Positions 23,214-33,584 of a stretch of DNA of 64,000 bases are shown here, piece after piece (position 1 is the first letter of the stretch; the number at the start of each line of letters is the position of its first letter). The translations under genes and the position numbers were made by a program. Location: assembly GCA_902584815.1 (NCBI GenBank), contig CACIBF010000004.1:5217-69216 (forward strand), in the 5' to 3' direction. The notes beneath the pieces were generated by a model, which was not told the DNA's origin, made no database searches, and worked only from the letters and a program-made list of their open reading frames with translations. Source of the DNA: an uncultured Pelagibacteraceae bacterium (GTDB taxonomy: Bacteria; Pseudomonadota; Alphaproteobacteria; Pelagibacterales; AG-422-B15).

Positions 23214-26200
23214 ATCTGTATAAATTTAAGCTTTTCAGTATCCCAATCATCTAGAATACGTTTTGCATGCTTACTACCTGTTTCATTATAATGTTTATCA
23301 ATAAACTCCTTTAATACATTTTCCCAGTGCTTACTGTGTATTTTATCAAAAATAAGAGTCTCTTCATTTACTCTATGCTTAAATTTTTCATCATTATCAT
23401 AAACAAAAGCCATTCCTCCTGTCATTCCAGCACCAAAATTATCTCCTGTTGGCCCTAAAATTATTATATTTCCTCCAGTCATGTATTCACATCCATTCGA
23501 ACCACACCCTTCAACTACCGCTGTGGCACCTGAATTTCTTACAGCAAATCTCTCCCCCGCTTGTCCAGAGGCGAACAGAGAACCACTTGTTGATCCGTAC
23601 ATGCATGTGTTGCCAATTATAGTATTTTCATTTGTATTAAGTCGACTATTTTTGTGTGGCCTAATAATAATCTTAGCACCAGATAAACTTTTACCAACAT
23701 AATCATTTGCATCACCTTCTACTTTAATACTAAGCCCTTTTACTGCAAATGCACCTAAAGATTGTCCAGCAGAACCTTCTAAGTTAAGAGTCAATTGATC
23801 ATCATTAATATTAGTATCTTTAAATTTATGATACATAACAGAAGATAATTTTGCACCAATTGTTCTATCAGTATTCTTCACTGAATAGTGAAGCTCTGTT
23901 TTTTGTCCAGTTTCAAAAAACTTTGTTGCATCAACAATAATTTTTTCATCAAGAGTTGATCCTGCATCATTAATACTTTTATGATTAAAGTATTCTACAT
24001 CTGGATTCTTTTCAGCTTGAATTAAAATAGAATTTAAGTCTAAATCATCTAAATGAGAAGAGCCTCGTGAAATTTGATAGAGTAAATCTGTTCTTCCAAT
24101 GATTTCATTCAGGCTAGTAAATCCAAGTTCAGCTAAAATTTCTCTCACTTCTTCAGCGATAAAGCTAAATAAATTAACAACTTTCTCTGCTGTTCCTGAA
24201 AATCTTTTTCTTAAATCATCGTCTTGAGTACAAACTCCAACAGGGCATGTATTGCTATGACATTGACGCACGAGTATACAGCCCATTGCAACAAGAGATG
24301 TTGTTCCCAAATTAAATTCTTCAGCACCCATAAGTGCCGCCATCACTACATCTCTACCTGTTTTTATGCCTCCATCTGTTCTCAAAGTTACATTTTGACG
24401 TAAACCATTTAATGTCAAAACTTGATTTACTTCTGTAAGTCCCATTTCCCAGGGAATGCCTGCATATTTGACACTCGTTTGTGGACTAGCTCCCGTTCCA
24501 CCATTGTGACCAGAAATAAGAATCACATCAGCTTTTGCTTTTGCTACACCCGCTGCAATAGTTCCTATTCCTGATGAAGCAACGAGTTTTACGCAAACTT
24601 TTGCATTAGGGTTTATTTGTTTCAAATCAAAAATCAGTTGAGCTAAATCTTCAATTGAGTAGATATCGTGGTGAGGTGGTGGTGAAATAAGAGTCACACC
24701 TAGCGTGCTATGTCTTAATTTAGCTATTTCTGCAGTAACTTTAAAACCTGGAAGTTGCCCTCCTTCACCAGGTTTTGCTCCCTGAGCAATTTTTATTTCT
24801 ATTTCCTCACAATTATTGAGATACTCAGCTGTCACTCCAAATCTTGCAGATGCTATTTGTTTAACTCTTGAATTTGCGTTATCTCCATTTTTTCGAGTAA
24901 TTGATCTTTCAATTGACTCTCCGCCTTCCCCACTACATGACGACCCGCCTATCCTGTTCATTGCAATTGCTAGAGTTTCATGGGCTTCTTTAGAAAGAGC
25001 TCCGTGAGACATACTTCCACTCCCAAACCTCTTTCTTATTGATGTAATAGACTCAACATCACCTACAGATTTTTTTTCTTTAATTGATTTAAATTCTAAT
25101 AAATCTCTGATGTTTATTGGTGAAAAATTTTTATGAGCTAGAGAATACTTTTTATACAAATCGTATGAGTCATTTGAGACAGCTGTTTGAAGTAAATGTA
25201 TTAGTTTTCCATCATAAGCGTGAATTTCTTCTCCATATCTGTATCTGTATATACCTCCTATAGGTAATGTATCTACCTCACCAGAGTACGCGTAAGAGTG
25301 AAGTTGATTGATCTTGAATTCAATTCCAGTTAAGCCAATACCAGATATTCGGCTTTGCACACCAAGAAAATATTCATTGACCATTGAGCGACTTAAACCG
25401 ACGGCTTCAAAATTAAATCCACCTCTGTATGCAGATAGAACTGAAATACCTAATTTTGACATAATTTTTAGAAGACCTTGATCAACAGCTTTTTTATATC
25501 TCTGAACACATTGTTCATAACTTAATTTTTTAAACAGTCCTTTTTCATATCTTTCTCTTATACACTCTTGAGCAAGATAGGGATTTACAGTTGTTGCACC
25601 AACTCCAATCAGCACAGCAAAGTAATGGGTGTCAAGACATTCAGCTGACTGAGTATGAATTGAAACAAAAGACCTTATTCCTTTTCTGGTTAAAAAAGTG
25701 TGCACAGCAGCAGTTGCAAGAATTATCGGTACTGAAACTTTATCGCGATCAGTATTTATATCCGTTAATACTACATGCTGTTTTCCACTAAGAACCGCTG
25801 CCTCAGCTTCGTTCTGAATTCTTTTGATTGTTTCCTTTAAAGAAATTCTTTTTAAATCAAATGAACAGTCTATTATTTTAGTAACTTCTTGACCAAACTT
25901 CATCATTTTTGCAAAAATACTATTAGTAATGATTGGGCTATCCATCACAAAAACATTATCTTGATATGAATTTGGATCCAAAACGTCTCTTAAATTACCA
26001 AACCGTGTCTTTAAACTCATCCTTGACTGCTCTCTCAAGCTATCGATTGGAGGATTAGTAACTTGACTAAATTTTTGTCTAAAAAAATGAGATAGAGGTC
26101 TAAATTTATCTGACAATACTGCAATTGGCGTGTCATCGCCCATTGATCCAGTAGCTTCTTTTGCCTCAACAACCATTGGATGTAAGATCAACTCTAATTC

Positions 26201-27658
26201 TTCCATTGTATAACCTGCGGCAATTTTTCGTTGTCTCAATGATTTAAAATCAAAAAGCTTATTTTCTTTTTTTGATGTTATTCTCTTATCAATTCTAATG
26301 ATCTTCTTAACAAATTCATGATATGGGTACTGATTGGCAAGCTTGTCTTTTAATTCAAAATTTTCATATAACTTTCCTTCTTTAAGGTTGACGCCTAATA
26401 GGTCACCTGGCCCCAACCTGCCCTTGAAAATTATTTCTTCTTCATCAACTGGAACCATTCCAGCCTCAGATCCTGCTACAATTAAATTACTATTTGTAAT
26501 ACAATATCGCATCGGCCGTAATCCATTTCTATCCATACCTCCAATAACCCATTCACCATCATATGCTGCAATTGCTGCAGGGCCATCCCAAGGCTCAATA
26601 GTTCCATTTGCAAATTCATACATATTGGAATGGGAAGATGGTAAAAGCTTACTTCTTTTGGACCATGCCTCTGGCATTAGTAATGTTTTTGTTAAAGGGG
26701 CCGACCTTCCTGCACGAACAAATAATTCAAAAGCTGCATCAAGCGCAGAGGAGTCTGAGCTTCCTCTTATGATTATAGGCTTGACTTGTTCACTATCCTC
26801 TCCAAATAACTCAGATGCAATCCTATTTTCGTGGCTACGCATCCAATTTGAATTCCCTGAAATAGTATTAATCTCACCATTATGCGCTAAAGCTCTAAAT
26901 GGTTGTGCGAGCGCCCAGCTAGGAAAAGTATTTGTTGAATATCGCTGATGGAAAATTGCAAATGAAGAAACAAAATTTTTATCCTGTAAGTCAGGATAAA
27001 ATACCTCTAATTCTTCAGCTAAAAATAGCCCTTTGTATATTACGGATTTAAAGCTTAAAGAACATATATAAAAATCACTAATTTGGATTTTTAATATTCT
27101 TTTTTCTATTCGCCTTCTTATTAAGAAAAGTTCTTTATCTAGATCTTCTTTTTCACTTCTTTCTTTATTATTTACAAACATAACCTGCTCAATTTCTGGT
27201 CTTGTCATATTTGCTTTTTTACCGATCACACTAGTGTCAACAGGTACTTGTCTCCATCCATATATAAAATAACCATGATCAATCAGCTCTGATTCGACAA
27301 TTGTTCTACACTTTTCAAGGGCTGAATAATCATTACGTGGAAGGAAAATCATTCCCATTCCTAAATCTCCCTGCATCATTTCATGGCCAGTTTTTTTTAT
27401 CTCTTCCTCAAAAAAAGCTTTAGGAATTTCTATGTGTATACCAGCGCCATCTCCTGTTTTGCCATCAGCATCAATTGCGCCGCGATGCCATACAGCCTTG
27501 AGTGCTTCAATTCCACTTGTCACAACACGTCTGTTGGGCTTTCCATCTATTGAAGCAATAAAACCAACACCACAAGCATCATGTTCTTGCATCGGGTCAT
27601 ATAGATTTGCATCAATCAGCTTTTGCTTATTCTTATTATATCGGTCTAACCAACTCAT
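23141..27658 (-). CDS. gltB: Glutamate synthase (NADPH) large subunit
   Basis: 1505 aa. The N-terminal amidotransferase is MQEHDACGVGFIA. FMN/Fe-S central domains and a C-terminal GXGXG domain are present. The start overlaps the gltD stop (TAATG). Confidence 0.97.
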   Translation of the reverse strand: MSWLDRYNKNKQKLIDANLYDPMQEHDACGVGFIASIDGKPNRRVVTSGIEALKAVWHRGAIDADGKTGDGAGIHIEIPKAFFEEEIKKTGHEMMQGDLGMGMIFLPRNDYSALEKCRTIVESELIDHGYFIYGWRQVPVDTSVIGKKANMTRPEIEQVMFVNNKERSEKEDLDKELFLIRRRIEKRILKIQISDFYICSLSFKSVIYKGLFLAEELEVFYPDLQDKNFVSSFAIFHQRYSTNTFPSWALAQPFRALAHNGEINTISGNSNWMRSHENRIASELFGEDSEQVKPIIIRGSSDSSALDAAFELFVRAGRSAPLTKTLLMPEAWSKRSKLLPSSHSNMYEFANGTIEPWDGPAAIAAYDGEWVIGGMDRNGLRPMRYCITNSNLIVAGSEAGMVPVDEEEIIFKGRLGPGDLLGVNLKEGKLYENFELKDKLANQYPYHEFVKKIIRIDKRITSKKENKLFDFKSLRQRKIAAGYTMEELELILHPMVVEAKEATGSMGDDTPIAVLSDKFRPLSHFFRQKFSQVTNPPIDSLREQSRMSLKTRFGNLRDVLDPNSYQDNVFVMDSPIITNSIFAKMMKFGQEVTKIIDCSFDLKRISLKETIKRIQNEAEAAVLSGKQHVVLTDINTDRDKVSVPIILATAAVHTFLTRKGIRSFVSIHTQSAECLDTHYFAVLIGVGATTVNPYLAQECIRERYEKGLFKKLSYEQCVQRYKKAVDQGLLKIMSKLGISVLSAYRGGFNFEAVGLSRSMVNEYFLGVQSRISGIGLTGIEFKINQLHSYAYSGEVDTLPIGGIYRYRYGEEIHAYDGKLIHLLQTAVSNDSYDLYKKYSLAHKNFSPINIRDLLEFKSIKEKKSVGDVESITSIRKRFGSGSMSHGALSKEAHETLAIAMNRIGGSSCSGEGGESIERSITRKNGDNANSRVKQIASARFGVTAEYLNNCEEIEIKIAQGAKPGEGGQLPGFKVTAEIAKLRHSTLGVTLISPPPHHDIYSIEDLAQLIFDLKQINPNAKVCVKLVASSGIGTIAAGVAKAKADVILISGHNGGTGASPQTSVKYAGIPWEMGLTEVNQVLTLNGLRQNVTLRTDGGIKTGRDVVMAALMGAEEFNLGTTSLVAMGCILVRQCHSNTCPVGVCTQDDDLRKRFSGTAEKVVNLFSFIAEEVREILAELGFTSLNEIIGRTDLLYQISRGSSHLDDLDLNSILIQAEKNPDVEYFNHKSINDAGSTLDEKIIVDATKFFETGQKTELHYSVKNTDRTIGAKLSSVMYHKFKDTNINDDQLTLNLEGSAGQSLGAFAVKGLSIKVEGDANDYVGKSLSGAKIIIRPHKNSRLNTNENTIIGNTCMYGSTSGSLFASGQAGERFAVRNSGATAVVEGCGSNGCEYMTGGNIIILGPTGDNFGAGMTGGMAFVYDNDEKFKHRVNEETLIFDKIHSKHWENVLKEFIDKHYNETGSKHAKRILDDWDTEKLKFIQICPKEIIHTLEHPLREDLKKRKIQ

Positions 27659-29088
27659 TAAGAAGCCTTTACTATTTGATGTTTTTTTGCTTCTACATAG
27701 CTATGTATTGACTCAGCAGCATCTCTACCATCTCTAATACCCCACACAACTAATGATGCCCCTCTTGCAATATCACCAGCAGCAAATACACCATCTAATT
27801 CAGTCATCAAAGTACTAAACGCTGTTTTAATGGTACCCCACTTCGTTACAGGAAGTTCTTTTTCATTAAACAGTTTTGGTAAATCTTCTGGATCAAATCC
27901 TAAGGCTTCAATGACGATATCAGCTTTTAGGCTAAATTCTGAATTTTCAATCTCAATGGGCACCTGTCTTCCTGAAGCATCGGGTTCACTCAATTTTGTT
28001 TTTGCACATATAACTTCTTTGATTTTACTATCACCATGAAATGACTTAGGGATAGATTGCCATATAAACTCGACACCTTCTTCCTCGGCATTTAAAACTT
28101 CCCGAGTTGAACCAGGCATATTCTCTCTATCTCTTCGATATAAACATTTGACTGATTTTGCATTTTGACGAACACTTGTCCGAACACAGTCCATAGCAGT
28201 GTCACCACCACCAATAACGATAACATCCTTACCCTCAGCATTTAAAGTACCATCATCAAATAGTTCGACTTTGTCACCAAGACCTTTTTTATTAGAAGCA
28301 GTGAGAAAATCTAATGCTGGATGTATGTTGGGATAATTAGTTTTAACATCAAGCTTTCGGGGTTTATAAACACCAGTGGCGATTAATATAGCTTCATGTT
28401 TTTTTCTTATTTCTTGAAAAGAAATATCTTTACCAATATTTACATTTAAATGAAATTTAATACCTGAATCTTCTAAGTATTTAATTCTTCTTTCGACTAT
28501 ATTTTTTTCTAATTTAAAATTAGGAATACCATATATGAGAAGGCCTCCCGCACGATCATAACGATCATATATTGTAATTTCGTATCCTTTTTTTCTAAGT
28601 TCATCTGCGGCTGCCAGTCCAGCTGGCCCCGAACCAATTATTCCTATGCTTTCATTTCGCTTCTGATGCTGCTCAAGTTGTATTGGTTTAATCCAGTTAT
28701 TTTCAAATGCGTTATCGGTTAAATACTTTTCAATTGATCCTATCGTAACTGAACCATGGCCACTTTGCTCAATAACACAATTACCTTCGCATAAACGATC
28801 TTGAGGACATATCCTTCCAGTAATCTCAGGCAAATTATTTGTACTTGCTGATAATTGATAAGCTTCTTCTAATCGATCTTCAGCTGTAAGTTTTAGCCAG
28901 TCAGGAATATGGTTATGGAGAGGACAGTGAACTGTGCAGTATGGAACTCCACACTGAGAACATCTACTTGATTGTTCCTCGGCCCTATCCTTTACATACC
29001 CCTTATATATTTCATTAAAGTTAGTCTTACGGTCTTTAGACTCAAATTTCTCTGGGTAGTTTTGATGTAAGTCTGTAAATTTAAGCAT
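27658..29088 (-). CDS. gltD: Glutamate synthase small subunit
   Basis: The Fe-S cysteines are in CSQCGVPYCTVHCPLHNHIPDW. The FAD/NAD Rossmann motifs are IGIIGSGPAGLAAA and VIVIGGGDTAMD. Confidence 0.95.
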   Translation of the reverse strand: MLKFTDLHQNYPEKFESKDRKTNFNEIYKGYVKDRAEEQSSRCSQCGVPYCTVHCPLHNHIPDWLKLTAEDRLEEAYQLSASTNNLPEITGRICPQDRLCEGNCVIEQSGHGSVTIGSIEKYLTDNAFENNWIKPIQLEQHQKRNESIGIIGSGPAGLAAADELRKKGYEITIYDRYDRAGGLLIYGIPNFKLEKNIVERRIKYLEDSGIKFHLNVNIGKDISFQEIRKKHEAILIATGVYKPRKLDVKTNYPNIHPALDFLTASNKKGLGDKVELFDDGTLNAEGKDVIVIGGGDTAMDCVRTSVRQNAKSVKCLYRRDRENMPGSTREVLNAEEEGVEFIWQSIPKSFHGDSKIKEVICAKTKLSEPDASGRQVPIEIENSEFSLKADIVIEALGFDPEDLPKLFNEKELPVTKWGTIKTAFSTLMTELDGVFAAGDIARGASLVVWGIRDGRDAAESIHSYVEAKKHQIVKAS

Positions 29089-29101
29089 AGTATTATTTTA
29101 T

Positions 29102-29116
29102 GTCATATAATATGAC
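29102..29116. promoter_or_regulatory. Perfect 15-bp palindrome GTCATATAATATGAC, 13 nt upstream of the gltD start codon (candidate operator)
   Basis: Read directly from the sequence. Seven-nt arms around a central A form a perfect dyad. It shares GTCATA-N3-TATGAC with a second site at 29177-29191. Confidence 0.45.
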
Positions 29117-29176
29117 TTATTTTTTATAATTAATTCTAATCTAATTTTTTTATAGACTATTAAGGATTCTATTAAA

Positions 29177-29191
29177 GTCATAATATATGAC
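29177..29191. promoter_or_regulatory. Second GTCATA-N3-TATGAC dyad (GTCATAATATATGAC) in the gltD/uppP divergent region
   Basis: Read directly from the sequence. Six-nt arms are perfect. Its centre is 75 bp from the centre of the first site and about 76 bp upstream of the uppP ATG. Confidence 0.4.
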
Positions 29192-29259
29192 CTATATATG
29201 TATTTTAACCAACTTTTATTTGGCAAACTGGCAATAACATTCTATTTTTCATTAAATTT

Positions 29260-30051
29260 ATGTATTTTTTTCCAGTTATCGCATTAGCAATTATTCAGGG
29301 AATTACTGAATTTTTACCTGTGAGCTCTTCCGCACACTTGGTAATTGCCTCAGATTTCATTGAATTTACCTATGAAAACATTGCTCTTGATGTCAGTCTT
29401 CATTTAGGGACTCTGTTGGCAGTAATAGTTTACTTTAGATCAGATATTTTATTAATCATAAATGGGATCATTGATTCTCAGAGTAAGGGAAGAAATACTG
29501 CTATTCAAATATTTATTGCTACTGTTCCAATCACAGTCCTTGGAGGTCTCGCTTTCATGACAGGGATAGTTGACCATTTCAGAAATATTCAAGTTATTGC
29601 ACTTTCAACTATTATTTTTGGAATTGTTCTTTATTACGCTGATATTCAAAATGATAAAAAGACTAAAACAATTGATGAGCTTAAAATTGGAGAAAGTTTC
29701 ATCATTGGACTTCTTCAAGTTCTAGCAATAATTCCTGGAACATCAAGGTCAGGTATTGTTTATAGTGGAGGTAGGTTTTTAAATATATCTCGAATTGAAG
29801 CCCTAAGATTTGCTATGCTACTTTCAATACCTACTATTTTACTATCTGCATTCATTCCAACATATAAATTTTTAGAAAGTCCATCTTCTGAATTTTTATT
29901 AATGGGCACTGTTGGTCTTATTGTTTCATTTGCAACTGCTTATCTTTCAATTAGTCTGCTTATGAATTGGGTTAGAAACTTTTCGATGGTACCATTTGTA
30001 GTTTATAGGATTATTTTGGGAAGTATTCTTTTAGTATATTCGATCGTCTAA
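29260..30051 (+). CDS. uppP: Undecaprenyl-diphosphate phosphatase
   Basis: It is a multi-pass membrane protein with the BacA motifs FLPVSSSAHL and IPGTSRSG. Confidence 0.93.
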   Translation: MYFFPVIALAIIQGITEFLPVSSSAHLVIASDFIEFTYENIALDVSLHLGTLLAVIVYFRSDILLIINGIIDSQSKGRNTAIQIFIATVPITVLGGLAFMTGIVDHFRNIQVIALSTIIFGIVLYYADIQNDKKTKTIDELKIGESFIIGLLQVLAIIPGTSRSGIVYSGGRFLNISRIEALRFAMLLSIPTILLSAFIPTYKFLESPSSEFLLMGTVGLIVSFATAYLSISLLMNWVRNFSMVPFVVYRIILGSILLVYSIV

Positions 30052-30055
30052 TTTG

Positions 30056-30961
30056 TTACTTCAAATAAGTAGGCACTATAACCTTGGCTGACTGAGGATT
30101 TATATTTAATGATGCTAGTGTATTAGATTTCTCATTCACTACATTATCAAATTTTAGTATTTTTACTAAGTCTCTGGTAATTATTGGGTCAGGTAGTAAC
30201 TGAGCAAATGTTGCTATGAGTTTTGCTGCAACAGTTGGCGCAGGGATTAAAAGTCTTTTTATCTCTAAGGTTTTTAATATTAGCTCATAAACTTCTTTCA
30301 TTGTCATAATATCTGGCCCACCAAATTCATAAATTTTACCCTGATCATCTTTAGAATTTAAAAGTATAATTATTCCATCAATTAGATCTTTCACATATAC
30401 AGGCTGAAACTTATTATTTCCTCCTCCAAACATTGGTACAATTGGAGATAATTTTACAATTTTTGATTGCACTGAAAAAAACCCATCATCAGGTCCAAAT
30501 ACAATTGATGGTCTAACTATTTTTGCTTTTGGAAAATTTTCAAATAAAACTTTTTCTCCATGCCCTTTAGTTGATTGATATTTTGAGTCACTATTTATAT
30601 CAGCTCCAATTGATGAAACATGTAGTAACTCATCAACCTCATACTTACTAGAAAGCTCAGCAATATTCTTTATACCAGTTACATGACTGTCAAAGTAAGA
30701 CTCTCCTCCAGATTCATGGAGAACACCCACGAGATTTATAATTATGTCAGAATTTTCTATATATTTCTCAATAGTTTGTGGCCTAACAATATTTCCATAA
30801 CAAATATCAAGATTACTTGAGCTGCCCATAGGCCCTAATTTACCTTGTAAATATGGATTTCTTGATACTGCACGAACAACATTGCCTGTTTCCAGCAATT
30901 GATAAATTAAGTTTTTACCTATAAAACCTGTCCCAAAGACTGTTATTACTTTATTTTTCAT
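30056..30961 (-). CDS. NAD(P)H-binding NDUFA9-like / NmrA-like SDR protein
   Basis: The N-terminus is ITVFGTGFIGKNLIYQL. It has the 301-aa atypical SDR architecture common in alphaproteobacteria (complex I 39-kDa subunit-like). Confidence 0.7.
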   Translation of the reverse strand: MKNKVITVFGTGFIGKNLIYQLLETGNVVRAVSRNPYLQGKLGPMGSSSNLDICYGNIVRPQTIEKYIENSDIIINLVGVLHESGGESYFDSHVTGIKNIAELSSKYEVDELLHVSSIGADINSDSKYQSTKGHGEKVLFENFPKAKIVRPSIVFGPDDGFFSVQSKIVKLSPIVPMFGGGNNKFQPVYVKDLIDGIIILLNSKDDQGKIYEFGGPDIMTMKEVYELILKTLEIKRLLIPAPTVAAKLIATFAQLLPDPIITRDLVKILKFDNVVNEKSNTLASLNINPQSAKVIVPTYLK

Positions 30962-31024
30962 AATTAGTTAGTATGAATAAATATACATTTTTGTTTTAAA
31001 TTTAAATAGGATAATTTCATTACA

Positions 31025-31639
31025 ATGCAAACACATTTATATAAAAATGATCTGGATGATGGAATTGTTTTTAAAGGAAATGTTGCAATAGATACTGAGG
31101 CAATGGGATTAGACCCAGCACGTGATCGTTTGTGTTTGATACAAATCTTTGATGGTGAAACTGATTGTCACATGGTTCAGTTTGAAAATTCCAATACTGA
31201 TTCTCCAAACTTAATTAAATTATTAAATGATGAGAAAATTGAAAAGATTTTTCATTATGCACGATTTGACATGGCTGCTCTAAAACATGCTCTGAAAATA
31301 GATGTCAAAAATGTATACTGCACAAAGATTGCAAGTAAAATTGCAAGAACCTACACCAATAATCATGGTTTAAAAGATTTATGCAAAGAATTACTCGGAG
31401 TTGAAATCTCAAAGAAGCAACAGAGTAGTGACTGGGGAAACTCAAATTTATCCAAAGAGCAAATCGCTTATGCGGCTAATGATGTAATATATCTTCATCA
31501 AATTAAAGATAGATTAGATGAAATGCTAATTAGAGAAAATAGGCAACTATTAGTTGATGCCTGTCTATCATTTTTACCAACAAGAGTAGATTTGGATCTT
31601 AGAGGATGGGAAAATGATATTTTCTCACATTCATCATAA
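31025..31639 (+). CDS. rnd: 3'-5' exonuclease domain protein (short RNase D-like, DEDDy)
   Basis: The DEDD motifs are VAIDTEAMGL, IFHYARFDMAAL and YAANDVIYLHQI. It is 204 aa and carries the exonuclease domain only. Confidence 0.8.
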   Translation: MQTHLYKNDLDDGIVFKGNVAIDTEAMGLDPARDRLCLIQIFDGETDCHMVQFENSNTDSPNLIKLLNDEKIEKIFHYARFDMAALKHALKIDVKNVYCTKIASKIARTYTNNHGLKDLCKELLGVEISKKQQSSDWGNSNLSKEQIAYAANDVIYLHQIKDRLDEMLIRENRQLLVDACLSFLPTRVDLDLRGWENDIFSHSS

Positions 31640-31643
31640 AAAT

Positions 31644-32615
31644 ATGAAATCATCTTCCGCAATTATTAAATCTGCCCTCGATGTTTTAAATATAGAAATA
31701 AGTGGAGTAAAATTAGTCAAAAGAACTTTTGATAGTAATTTTGTTGCTGCGATAAAAGAGCTATCTAAAACTAAAGGTCGAGTGATAATTACTGGTATCG
31801 GAAAATCTGGTCATATAGCAAATAAAATAGCAAGCACAATGAGCTCTACTGGAACTGCAGCTCAATTCTGTCATTCTAACGAAATGTCTCATGGTGATTT
31901 AGGCATTCTATCCAGTAAAGATATATTAATTATAATTTCTAATTCAGGAAATAGCTCAGAACTTAAGGATGCTATTTCATTTTCAAAAAAAAATAAGATT
32001 AAAACGATTGGAATTTCTTCAAACATCAAAAGTGAATTGATGCAGTCTGTTCATTACCCTCTCTTACTCCCTATAGCTAAGGAGGCTTGTGCCGTTGGTA
32101 AAGCGCCAACTACCTCAACAACAATGACACTTGTGCTGGGTGATGCAATTTGTGTAGCTCTAATGAAATTAAAGAAATTTAAGATTGATGATTATAAGAA
32201 GATACATCCAGGGGGTGCGCTTGGTCTGAGTCTTATGAAAGTAAAAGATATCATGCACACTAAAAGCAGACTTCCACTTGTAAATGAAAATATAAAAATG
32301 AAACATGTAATCATAGAAATGACTAAAAAATCCTTTGGGCACGTAGGAGTGATCGATAAAGGTAAGAAAATTGTTGGCGTAATCACAGATGGTGATTTGA
32401 GAAGGGGTTTAAATGCTAAATTCCTTGATAAACAGGCAAAAGATATAATGACCAAAAATCCAAAAATAATCTTAGATGAAATGCCGTTAATGGATGCTTT
32501 ATCTATTATGACTAAAAATAAAATTACTTGTTTATTTATATCAAAAAATAATTCTACTAAAAAACCTATTGGAATAATTCATATCCACGACTGCTTAAGA
32601 TTGATACAGAATTAA
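31644..32615 (+). CDS. kpsF: Arabinose-5-phosphate isomerase (KpsF/GutQ family, SIS + tandem CBS)
   Basis: The SIS motif is RVIITGIGKSGHIANKIASTMSSTG. Two CBS domains lie at the C-terminus. I chose the ATG at 31644 rather than the track start at 31614, which overlaps rnd. Confidence 0.9.
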   Translation: MKSSSAIIKSALDVLNIEISGVKLVKRTFDSNFVAAIKELSKTKGRVIITGIGKSGHIANKIASTMSSTGTAAQFCHSNEMSHGDLGILSSKDILIIISNSGNSSELKDAISFSKKNKIKTIGISSNIKSELMQSVHYPLLLPIAKEACAVGKAPTTSTTMTLVLGDAICVALMKLKKFKIDDYKKIHPGGALGLSLMKVKDIMHTKSRLPLVNENIKMKHVIIEMTKKSFGHVGVIDKGKKIVGVITDGDLRRGLNAKFLDKQAKDIMTKNPKIILDEMPLMDALSIMTKNKITCLFISKNNSTKKPIGIIHIHDCLRLIQN

Positions 32616-32617
32616 TT

Positions 32618-33139
32618 ATGATTTTAAAAAAAAAAAAAATTCTTTTACATTTATTTATTATATTTTTAATTTTTTTTGAATTTAAATCTAATGGAGAAGA
32701 AACTCAAAATACCATAGAAATTAAGAATCCTATTTTTACCACCAAAAGCATCGACGGAAGTCCTTATGAAATAAAAGCTGAAAAAGGAACCCAAAGAGAA
32801 AATTTTTTAGATCTTTTTGTTATTGAAGCTAAATTGAAAACAAATAACGATATTTGGATATACCTGAATGCAGATAAGGGTACATTTAATCAATCGAGTG
32901 GTGAGATACTCCTTGAAAGCAACATAGAAATATATACAGAGGCTTATGAAAAAATTTTTGCCGAACTAGCTAATGTAAATACAAATGGTAAAATAATTAC
33001 TCTAAAGAAGAATGTTAAATATCAAGACTCAAATATCTTTATATCAGCTGATGAGTCCATAATAAGTGATGATTTTTCTAGTATCACATACTATGGAAAT
33101 GTTAAGAGTAAGATTTTAAAAAATGACTCATATGAATAA
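32618..33139 (+). CDS. lptC: LPS export protein LptC
   Basis: 173 aa. It has an N-terminal anchor and a beta-jellyroll-like body. It lies immediately upstream of lptA-lptB and downstream of kpsF, which is the canonical order. Confidence 0.75.
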   Translation: MILKKKKILLHLFIIFLIFFEFKSNGEETQNTIEIKNPIFTTKSIDGSPYEIKAEKGTQRENFLDLFVIEAKLKTNNDIWIYLNADKGTFNQSSGEILLESNIEIYTEAYEKIFAELANVNTNGKIITLKKNVKYQDSNIFISADESIISDDFSSITYYGNVKSKILKNDSYE

Positions 33140-33584
33140 ACTTTTTCTTTATCTTCTCATCTCTCTAATTCCATTTCTAAAAATTTCATACTCAGATGAA
33201 ATATTAATTGAGTCTGAAGAATTGATTATTACTAATGAGCCTTTAACTACTACTTTTATTGGGAATGTTTATGCTTTTGATAATGAAATAAAACTTTGGT
33301 CTGATAAAATATTAATCCTATATACAGAAACAGAAAGTCAAATTGATCAAATTAAATGTTTTGGCAACAGCAAATTAGTAAGAGAGAATCAAGAAATTAT
33401 ATCGGAAAATATAACGTATTTTGTAATTGATAAAAAAATCTATGCAAAAGGAGATATTATATTAACTCAAGATGAAAATGTGATGAAGGGGAATGAATTA
33501 AGTGTGGATTTAGTGAAGTCTACAAGTATAATGAAAAGTAGCCAAAATAATAAAGTAACAGTCAAAATCAATAACAATGAGTGA
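33123..33584 (+). CDS. lptA: LPS transport periplasmic protein LptA (OstA-like)
   Basis: It has a signal peptide (LFLYLLISLIPFLKISYS) and an OstA_N-like repeat body. The call rests on synteny between lptC and lptB. Confidence 0.75.
   Translation: MTHMNKLFLYLLISLIPFLKISYSDEILIESEELIITNEPLTTTFIGNVYAFDNEIKLWSDKILILYTETESQIDQIKCFGNSKLVRENQEIISENITYFVIDKKIYAKGDIILTQDENVMKGNELSVDLVKSTSIMKSSQNNKVTVKINNNE

Noticed and set aside
26334-26948. A 204-aa plus-strand ORF is antisense to gltB. Similar antisense or shadow ORFs occur elsewhere. Examples are 12854-13356, 17358-17840, 37066-38520, 38754-39074, 45859-46183, 54724-54939, 58899-59353 and 61240-61569.
   Set aside because: Each is fully embedded opposite a confidently identified conserved gene. 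They have Ser/Pro/Leu/Ile-rich low-complexity translations and no start context. These are typical shadow frames.
29221-29234. TGGCAA-ac-TGGCAA upstream of uppP could be a sigma-54 (-24/-12) promoter.
   Set aside because: The spacing between the GG and GC dinucleotides does not match TGGCAC-N5-TTGCA. It is a short direct repeat, not a -24/-12 element.
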